From: a virus
Length of the DNA stretch: 64,000 nucleotides
IMG/VR virus record: IMGVR_UViG_3300017963_000217
Coordinates: 1-64,000 of that record
Direction: 5' to 3' (one strand)
Below the pieces are notes generated by a model. The model did not search any database and was not told the origin of the DNA. It saw only the letters and a list, made by a program, of their open reading frames with translations. The position numbers and the translations under genes are program-made. Positions 51,947-59,827 of this stretch are shown piece by piece (the stretch's first letter is position 1; each line of letters begins with the position of its first letter).

Positions 51947-52890
51947 TGAATGTGAAATATGATTTTAATTTAAGCAAGTTTCCAAATAGTACAGTAAATG
52001 GCGGCATTCTTCATAAAGAGGTTGAAAATACTTCTATATCTGGATTTTTGTATATAAATGTTGATCCAAACGGCGCCGAAGTATGGTTTGATAATACTCT
52101 ATCTGCTGAAGATGAAATTACTCTTAGTGGAGTTATATCTTCTCACGGTGGAGAGGCGCTTCTTTCTTTAGCAGAAGTAATAGCGGATGAGCCTATCGGC
52201 AAGTCGAAGGCTGTTTATATATATACTGCAAATAGAGTAAGATTAGCAAAAGCGGATTCAGAAGATACTTTACCTCCTATGGGGTTTACTATAGATACAG
52301 TTTCTAGTGGAGAAACAATATTTATACAGACTAATGATATTTTAGGTGGTTTTTCGGGATTAATTCCTGGTGCAGAGTATTATTTAAGTCAAACCGTTGC
52401 CGGCGAAATAACAACTCAAAAACCACAAACTGGAGCAGTAGTTAGAGTTGGCACAGCTAAAAACAGCACAGAAATGGATATACATCTGATGAGATTGGAA
52501 GAAGAAATTCAAAGTGATTATGCCGTCTCTGATGGAGAATCATCAACTACATCAACATCATGGCAAGAAAAAACTAATTTGCAGACCTCTAATATTCCAG
52601 CTGGAACTTATGAAATTAGTTGGTTTTTTGAGTGGTCTTTTTCAAGGACAACGCCTCCCGGTGCTAAGTTCGGTGTGCATGTAAATTGGGGTGCTATCAC
52701 AGTATCTGAAATAGATATCACACCTACTCAATCATACGGAGACGGAGGTTTTTATGCTTCAAGTGGTTTTGGTTATGTAGATTTAGATAGTGGAAGTCAT
52801 AAGATTGCTATAAATTATAGAGCTGGTGGAGATTCATCTACTGCATATATTAGAAGAGCGAGAATAAAAATATTAAGGATACCTGATTAA
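51931..52890 (+). CDS. fibre/receptor-binding paralogue
   Basis: LAKAD..T, GL.PGA.YYLSQT.AGEITTQKP module plus shared C-terminal domain. Confidence 0.6.
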   Translation: MGGKLMNVKYDFNLSKFPNSTVNGGILHKEVENTSISGFLYINVDPNGAEVWFDNTLSAEDEITLSGVISSHGGEALLSLAEVIADEPIGKSKAVYIYTANRVRLAKADSEDTLPPMGFTIDTVSSGETIFIQTNDILGGFSGLIPGAEYYLSQTVAGEITTQKPQTGAVVRVGTAKNSTEMDIHLMRLEEEIQSDYAVSDGESSTTSTSWQEKTNLQTSNIPAGTYEISWFFEWSFSRTTPPGAKFGVHVNWGAITVSEIDITPTQSYGDGGFYASSGFGYVDLDSGSHKIAINYRAGGDSSTAYIRRARIKILRIPD

Positions 52891-52891
52891 A

Positions 52892-53809
52892 ATGTCTGTA
52901 AAATACACCTATTCAATTCAAAATGATTTTACTAATTCTCAAATTAATCCTACTAGGTTAACAAGAGAAATTGAAGGTAGTAGTATATCTGGAACTCTGG
53001 AATATATTAATACAAATTCCGACGTTTGTGATCTCTATTTTGAATCCAGCTTGAGTGGCGCGGACGAATCAACTCTTAGTGGTTGTATAACCACACACTC
53101 TGGTATTTTCAGTGAAATAGTGGCTGGAGAAAATATTGGATCCTTAAAGGCTGTTTATATGAGTGGCACGGGAGAGGTAAAACTAGCAAAAGCTGATACA
53201 GAAGACACAGCATCTTGTATAGGCCTGACACCTGAATCGGCCTCAATCGGTGAAGGGATTTCAGTGTATTATTCAGGGCTTATAAGGGGATTTTCTGGAC
53301 TAACTCCGGGAGCGAAATATTATCTAAGTCAAACTAATGCTGGTGAGATAACAACCCAAAAACCGGATGACGGAATTATAGTTAGGGTTGGAATAGCTAT
53401 GAATTCTAAAGAACTAAATATTCATATTCTAAGATTAACATTGTTAGAGTGGAAACAGTCTGTACGGGATATTAGCTTTGCTTTTGGTGATGTTATAACG
53501 AAAGGTACAACATGGAGAAGTATAAGGCGCTTTACATTTAAAGGGTCTGATGATCTTGGAATTCCGACTGGTTGTAAATCTGTTGCTTATATGGGTGTGT
53601 CGGGTCAAACAGGGTCTTTACAAGTATATGATACCACAAATAATAATGTGATAGCTAGTATAAATAATATTACTAGCACTGATCCGTATGACTATGAAGC
53701 ACCGTGCTATAATATTCCAACAGATAAAGCTATTTTTGAGATTAGAGCGCAGACAGACCCACCTAGTGCTAATATGTATATTGACTCATTTTTATTAGAG
53801 TTCGTATAA
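52892..53809 (+). CDS. fibre/receptor-binding paralogue
   Basis: N-terminal two-thirds similar to the 51931 protein, different C-terminus. Confidence 0.6.
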   Translation: MSVKYTYSIQNDFTNSQINPTRLTREIEGSSISGTLEYINTNSDVCDLYFESSLSGADESTLSGCITTHSGIFSEIVAGENIGSLKAVYMSGTGEVKLAKADTEDTASCIGLTPESASIGEGISVYYSGLIRGFSGLTPGAKYYLSQTNAGEITTQKPDDGIIVRVGIAMNSKELNIHILRLTLLEWKQSVRDISFAFGDVITKGTTWRSIRRFTFKGSDDLGIPTGCKSVAYMGVSGQTGSLQVYDTTNNNVIASINNITSTDPYDYEAPCYNIPTDKAIFEIRAQTDPPSANMYIDSFLLEFV

Positions 53810-53850
53810 TAAAGTAATATTCACTGTAATTTATAGTAAGGAGAAACGAG

Positions 53851-54630
53851 ATGGTCGATGTATATAAATATAGATTATATTGTATGACGGAGGACAAATA
53901 TGTGGATACGTGGGATGAATCCACTCCAACCGCATGTCCAAATAATAACACACATACTATTATTTCGGGATCAATTTCCATTATAGATGTTCAGATAGAT
54001 GATGGTCCTAGAATGGTAGACGATGGCCGGCCTATTGTTAGAGCTGATACCAGACCATTAGGTACTCAAACATATTTTACCATGAGAGGAGACGATCTTG
54101 ATAATGGTACTTTTGGAGATGGTCAAGACTTTAGATGGGATTTTTCTAATGATGATAATCCATATGACCCGAGTTTAGTTGAGAATGGACCAACTATAGC
54201 TAGTGGATTTAAGGCTAAGAGGATAGATTTATCTTTTACAGATCCTGTTTATTTGAAGGATGGTGATATGTACTTTTTTGATGCGCCTTGGGGAGCTTAT
54301 GGTAATATGTACATCACTGTTCCATCCGGTAATTATTATCCAAATCCTAATGGTACTATACCTGCTTATATACTAGGACTGTCTGGTGACGATATGTATT
54401 CTTATGCTACTAAAGATGTGTTCTATGCTTGTTATGTAAATAGCCATTTTATGTATGGTGATTGTCCTATGGGTAATGAACTGAATGCCGAGGGGTCACA
54501 AACCGACCCAGTTCCATCGGGATGGTATTTAACCGCATTATTATTTGCTCCAGAAGATAACACGACTTTTAAGGGATTTTCGTTGTTTGAGATGTATAGG
54601 CAGACATTAGGACCTTTGCCAGGGGAATAG
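53851..54630 (+). CDS. putative virion protein
   Basis: YRLYC.TE...PTACPNN.THTI N-terminus. Confidence 0.45.
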   Translation: MVDVYKYRLYCMTEDKYVDTWDESTPTACPNNNTHTIISGSISIIDVQIDDGPRMVDDGRPIVRADTRPLGTQTYFTMRGDDLDNGTFGDGQDFRWDFSNDDNPYDPSLVENGPTIASGFKAKRIDLSFTDPVYLKDGDMYFFDAPWGAYGNMYITVPSGNYYPNPNGTIPAYILGLSGDDMYSYATKDVFYACYVNSHFMYGDCPMGNELNAEGSQTDPVPSGWYLTALLFAPEDNTTFKGFSLFEMYRQTLGPLPGE

Positions 54631-54647
54631 GGAGAAAGATAATACAG

Positions 54648-55127
54648 ATGTGGATAACTACATATTTTCATATAGCTGGTGCACCTGCTGAGGGACTATC
54701 TCCTATTGTTAGGATAAGAGATGTAGAGTCTGCGGGCACCGTTGTAGAAACTGGTACCATGGACGATCTTGGAGACGGCATTTATACATATGAGTTTACC
54801 GGATATGATATAACTACTGAATATGCTATATTGTGCGATGCAGTGACTCTTCCTAATAATTATAGGTATAAACATTTGTCTAGTGGAGAATACGGCGACG
54901 TTATAGGTACTGTAAATATTTTAAGCGATAATATTGATATACGGACTTTATTGATAAGAAAAATACTGACTAATAAATTGGAATTATTTGACGGGGGAAT
55001 TGATAATTGGATACTGTACGATGACGATTCTTCTACTGTTTTGACCACGTGGGATGTAACTGATAAAGATGATACTGATATAGAACAGGATGCTCTTACA
55101 GATGCTAAAAGATCTAAGGGGGTTTAA
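54648..55127 (+). CDS. stand-alone paralogue of the N-terminal domain of fibre 44986
   Basis: GLSP.V.I.DV, MDD.GDG.Y.Y.F, SGEYG, IRT.L.RKI.TN.LELFDG...NWILYDDD shared. Confidence 0.65.
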   Translation: MWITTYFHIAGAPAEGLSPIVRIRDVESAGTVVETGTMDDLGDGIYTYEFTGYDITTEYAILCDAVTLPNNYRYKHLSSGEYGDVIGTVNILSDNIDIRTLLIRKILTNKLELFDGGIDNWILYDDDSSTVLTTWDVTDKDDTDIEQDALTDAKRSKGV

Positions 55128-55859
55128 ATGAGATTTATAGATATTAGCGGTAAAAAGTTTAATAGGTGGACTGTTCTTGAATATGCTGGATTTACCGATG
55201 GTCTGGATAAACGAAGATCTTGGAAATGTAGATGTGAGTGCGGCACAATTAGAGTAGTCGCTGGCACTAGTTTAAAACTAGGCAAAAGCAAAAGCTGTGG
55301 CTGTTTAGGCAGAGAAATATCTAGCAAAAACACTAATAATAGGATAGATATGTGTGGAAAAAGATTTGGTAGGTTGTTGGTTCTAAAATTTGCTGGCCAT
55401 GATAAATATAAGTCTGCTTTATGGGAAGTTAAATGCGATTGTGGTAATATAAAAATTTTAAATGGTAATTATTTGAGAAGAGGTCATACTACTAGTTGTG
55501 GATGTTATAATTTGGAACGATCTATAGAAGCTAATACAGGTAAGAATAATCACCAATGGAAAGGTGGCATTTCTTTGTCAGATCGCAAATCCGTTAAATA
55601 TACTAAATGGCGTAGAAAAGTTATTAAAAGAGATAAATATAAATGCCAAATGTGTAATAGAACCTTATATAAATCTTTACATGCTCATCATATTTTTCCC
55701 TTCGGAGATTATGAAAAACTTAGATTCAAAGTTTAGAATGGTATATCTCTTTGTAAAAAATGCCATGAAAGTATAAAAAATAGAGAACACTGCTTTATAG
55801 ATAAATTTATAGCTATAACAAATGGTTATAAATATCGGGAGGGAATAACATTGGGGTAA
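55128..55859 (+). mobile_element. HNH homing endonuclease with in-frame amber at 55734-55736 (243 aa if read through)
   Basis: ...HAHHIFP...LRFKV-TAG-NGISLCKKCH... to TAA55859. Confidence 0.8.
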
Positions 55860-56101
55860 GTACATGGGGTTGGGGAAGTGCGTGTGGTGGAATAATAACC
55901 TCGTGGGGCTGGGGCCAGTGCCCATGTGAAGACTTTATACCTTCGGCTTCTGTACAGGATATTTGCGGTACTCCTGTGAGAACGTGCGTAGAAGTTAGGA
56001 ATAGGCCATCTGATCTCGCATCTAGAGCCAGACCCTCTGAATTTGCGTCTAGAGCTAGACCGGCTGTTATACCTTCGCGCAGTAATATATGTGATGACTA
56101 A
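55850..56101 (+). CDS. unannotated 83-aa Trp/Gly/Cys-rich protein (ATT start or 1-nt G deletion)
   Basis: SD GGGAGGG; open frame GVSTWGWGSACGGIITSWGWGQCPC...RPSDLASRARPSEFASRARP. Confidence 0.5.
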   Translation: MGVSTWGWGSACGGIITSWGWGQCPCEDFIPSASVQDICGTPVRTCVEVRNRPSDLASRARPSEFASRARPAVIPSRSNICDD

Positions 56102-56111
56102 GAGGTAATGT

Positions 56112-56651
56112 ATGCCACGTAGAAAAAAAGTATGGAGTAAAACTAAGACGAACTTTAAGCGTACATGGGATCGTGTTGTTGATGGACTAGGGCGTCGAGT
56201 AACTATATATATGCCGTATAGAAAAAGCGAGTGCCCGGCGTGTTATTATGATAAAGTTAACAGATCTAGCTCGGGAGTAAGTAAGTTAAGTCCCGGTGAT
56301 CCTAATTATTTTACTGTTGGTAAATGCCCCGTGTGTCATGGTAGAGGTTTTTTAATAACGGAAAGAAAGAGATGTATAGATGCCATTGTTATATGGGATC
56401 CAGTTGGTAGTGGTCGAATGAATTATATTACGCATGGTGAACCAGGATGGGAAGGTGCTACTAAGGTAGAATTAAAGACAGATCCATGCCATTTAGATTT
56501 AATAAAACAATGTGAATATGCTTTAATAGATGGAATTAGATGTAAATTATCTAATCCACCTATATTGCGTGGTATAGGAGAAAAACATTTATTAGTCGCT
56601 CGGTTTTTTACTACTGACAAGCCCAAGAGAAATAGCGGTGAATATTTATAA
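56112..56651 (+). CDS. putative head-closure protein with Zn ribbon
   Basis: CPAC, CPVCHGRG; synteny. Confidence 0.5.
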   Translation: MPRRKKVWSKTKTNFKRTWDRVVDGLGRRVTIYMPYRKSECPACYYDKVNRSSSGVSKLSPGDPNYFTVGKCPVCHGRGFLITERKRCIDAIVIWDPVGSGRMNYITHGEPGWEGATKVELKTDPCHLDLIKQCEYALIDGIRCKLSNPPILRGIGEKHLLVARFFTTDKPKRNSGEYL

Positions 56652-56684
56652 TTATCTAACTACTTTATATTAGAGGGGATATTA

Positions 56685-57283
56685 GTGAGTCCTTATAGAC
56701 TTCATAGAAATAGTTTGGTACGTTTTCTTAGAGAAATTATAAAGGAAGAAGTAGATAATGTAGCAGATACATTAATGGATAGATTCGATAAGGAGATAGT
56801 ACCGTTTGAGGACGAAGAAGATCCGGCCAGACCCTCAGTATTAGAGAAGGGTTTGAGCGGGTTTTGAAGGATACAATTAGAGATAATATATCAATAACTT
56901 CTACTTCAGCTGGGAACAGAGGATTATCTGTTTCGGTTGATATAGGGGTAGGTGATGAATCTAAGTTGGGATTCGGTGAAAGATTAGATGAAGAAACAAC
57001 TGATGGATTAAGAATTATAGGAACCATACTTCAGGGCATTGTAGGTAGATATGTATTAGTTACAAGTGAGATGACTGGTGGACATGAAGGCAGATTTGGT
57101 AAGGCATTTTTACTATCCGAAGATCTATATAGAAAAGAAGCTATATATAAAGGATGGGATCCAAATAGACCTATTTGGTCGTTTTCTAATTTTCCAGGGG
57201 TACAGGATTTTTTCAGCGACATAAATTTCAAAGATATAGCGGCTAGAATAGCAAAAAAACTGGCGGAGGCAGTTAAAAAATAA
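56685..57283 (+). pseudogene. tail-completion-like gene split by a -1 frameshift near 56850
   Basis: ORF 56685-56867 continues in the -1 frame as REGFERVLKDTIRDN (ORF 56864-57283). Confidence 0.55.
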
Positions 57284-58089
57284 TGAAAAAATTTCGTAAG
57301 GAGGATTTAAGTTTACATCATTATCTCCGCTATAATGTTCTTGATGAATATATAGAGACTGATACTAATGTATCTCTTACATATTTGCCCGATATTTCTA
57401 GTGCTGGATCCCAAGTTTATGAAGCAGAATCAAATAGACTTCCACCACCTATTAGTCTAGGACGTGGTTGGGTTTATATAGATGCATATGGAGATGTTAC
57501 GGAACAACAGAATGCAGTTACTGTTTATAACTCAGTGGGTTCAGTTATAAGTGGTACTGAATATATGATAGATTATATAGATGGTCGGGTTATTACGGAT
57601 GGTTCGGTTACTCCATCGGTGGTAACTTATAAATATTTTTGTGTATCTTTAGTAAATGAATGGCAAGATGTAGAAGCAGCAGATGTACCTGTTGTTGTAG
57701 TAGATTTAAACACATTTGAAAAAGAGGGATTTCAACTCGGCGGGGGAAAAAGAGTCCCTAGAAAAGGTTATTTACATATATTTGCCACTAATCAGGCTGA
57801 ACGAGATGATTTAATGGAATTATTGTACGATGGGATAAATGAAAAATGCGTCCCTAACCAAAACTGGACTAAGGGATCTATGATAGATTGGAATGGAACT
57901 TGGAATGATGATTATATTTATGAATTAGTTCAATATGAGAGCGGTCTGCATATTGAGAACGTAAGAGCAAGACACATAACACCACCATTTACTAGTGGAA
58001 TACCTAGAACTGATAGTACAATGTTTAGTGATTTACATAGATATAGAGCTAGAATTGATTTTGAAATGTTTTATTGGAAAAATAATTAA
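57283..58089 (+). CDS. putative tail terminator
   Basis: PVVVVD, GFQLGGG, IFA....ERDDL..LL; upstream of major tail gene. Confidence 0.55.
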   Translation: MKKFRKEDLSLHHYLRYNVLDEYIETDTNVSLTYLPDISSAGSQVYEAESNRLPPPISLGRGWVYIDAYGDVTEQQNAVTVYNSVGSVISGTEYMIDYIDGRVITDGSVTPSVVTYKYFCVSLVNEWQDVEAADVPVVVVDLNTFEKEGFQLGGGKRVPRKGYLHIFATNQAERDDLMELLYDGINEKCVPNQNWTKGSMIDWNGTWNDDYIYELVQYESGLHIENVRARHITPPFTSGIPRTDSTMFSDLHRYRARIDFEMFYWKNN

Positions 58090-58105
58090 AGGATTGTGAA
58101 TTAAT

Positions 58106-59713
58106 ATGGGAAAAAAATATACTATAGGATATATAGAGGAAAATTTTAATAAAGAAGGTTATAAATTATTAACTAGTGAATACAATGGGTGCAAACAAAA
58201 GCTAGATTTTATATGTCCTAATGGCCATAGACATAATATAAGTTTTGATAAATGGTTAAAAGGCCAAAGATGTTATTACTGTAATGGTAATGTGAGATTG
58301 AGTAACACAGAAGTAAAAAGAGAATTTGAAGAAAATGGATATATATTATTATCTCAATATAAAAACAGCGGCACTAAATTGAAATATAAATGCCCTCAAG
58401 GCCATATAGGTGAGATGAAGTGGGATCATTTTAGGGACGGTCATAGATGTCCAGAATGTTCGGGGAATAAACCTATTAGTAGAGAAAAGATATCCGCTAG
58501 ATTTAGCTCAATGGGTTATAAATTTTTAGATAAGATAAATAACAACGGTATTAGACGATTGTCTTATGTTTGCGATAAAGGTCATTATGGAGAAACCACA
58601 TGGTATAACTTTAACAAAGGTATAAGATGTAATGAATGCGCGGGCAAAGCAAAAAAGACGGTGGATTTTTTACGAAATGAATTTAACACAGAGGGATACG
58701 CACTTGTAACAGAAAATTATGAAAACTGTCACCAAAAATTACATTTAGTATGCCCTAATGGTCATAATTATTATGTATCATGGGATAATTGGAATAATAA
58801 AAACTCTCGTTGTACGAAATGTAGTGAATGGGGCAGATCTAATCAAGAAACTGAGTTATTCGAGTTTTTGAATGGTATATGTGACAAAATAATTAGAAAT
58901 GATAGATCATTAATAAGCCCTTATGAGATTGATTTTGTAATACCTGAAAAGAATGTTGCTATAGAATATTGCGGCTTATACTGGCATTCTGAATTAGCTG
59001 GTAGAAATAGGAATTATCATATAGATAAATTAGATAAATGTCAATCCAAGGGTTATAGACTTATAACTATTTTTGAGGATGAATTTGTAAATCGTAAAGA
59101 AATTGTTTTTTCAAGGCTCAAAACTATTCTTGGTTTAAATAGTAATAAGATATTTGCTAGAGATTGTTTAGTAAAAGAGATATCTACTAATGAGGCATCC
59201 GAGTTTTGTAATAAACATCATTTACAAGGATATCACGGTTCATCAATTAAAATAGGTGCTTTTTATAAAAATAAATTAGTATCAGTAATGACTTTTTCTA
59301 AACCATCTATAGCTAAAGGTAGTAAATATAAAGAAGATTTTATTTGGGAACTGTCTAGGTTTTGTTCCATCCAAGACTATATTATAATTGGTATAGCTTC
59401 AAAGTTATTAAAATTTTTTGAAAGAAATTACAAATGGAATGAGATATTTTCATATGCAGATAGAAGATGGTCTGATGGTAATTTATATATAAAAATGGGA
59501 TTTGAATATTCTAGTATTACTACTCCTAACTATTGGTATTTGAGTAAACAATCAAGAATTCATAGATTTGCTTTGCGTAAAACAAAAGAGGATCCTAAGG
59601 ATCAAACAGAATGGCAAATAAGAAAATATGATGGTTGGAATAGAATATGGGATTGTGGGAATTTGAAATATAAAAAAATTAATGCCTCATATTTAAGCAA
59701 CTATGTTGCTTAG
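58106..59713 (+). mobile_element. free-standing endonuclease with Zn-ribbon repeats and Vsr/EDxHD-like domain (Hef-like)
   Basis: CPNGH...C..C repeats; EIDFVIPE.NVAIEYCGLYWHS; LITIFEDE; SYADRRWS, IWDCG. Confidence 0.75.
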
Positions 59714-59827
59714 GAGAAGGACAGGAGAGTTCGTTAATAGTCAATGCCTCGATCTATTAGAACTCTAGGGTATAGCTTAAATCCAACCTCGAGCTGTAAC
59801 AAATATTTATAGGAGGAATAACATACT

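Noticed and set aside
14148-53809. Diversity-generating retroelement acting on fibre genes
   Set aside because: No reverse transcriptase, and no template/variable repeat pair differing only at adenines was seen; repeats are coding-module duplications.
1381-57231. Minus-strand and alternate-frame ORFs in the ORF track
   Set aside because: They shadow well-supported + strand genes or tRNAs and show no recognisable motifs.
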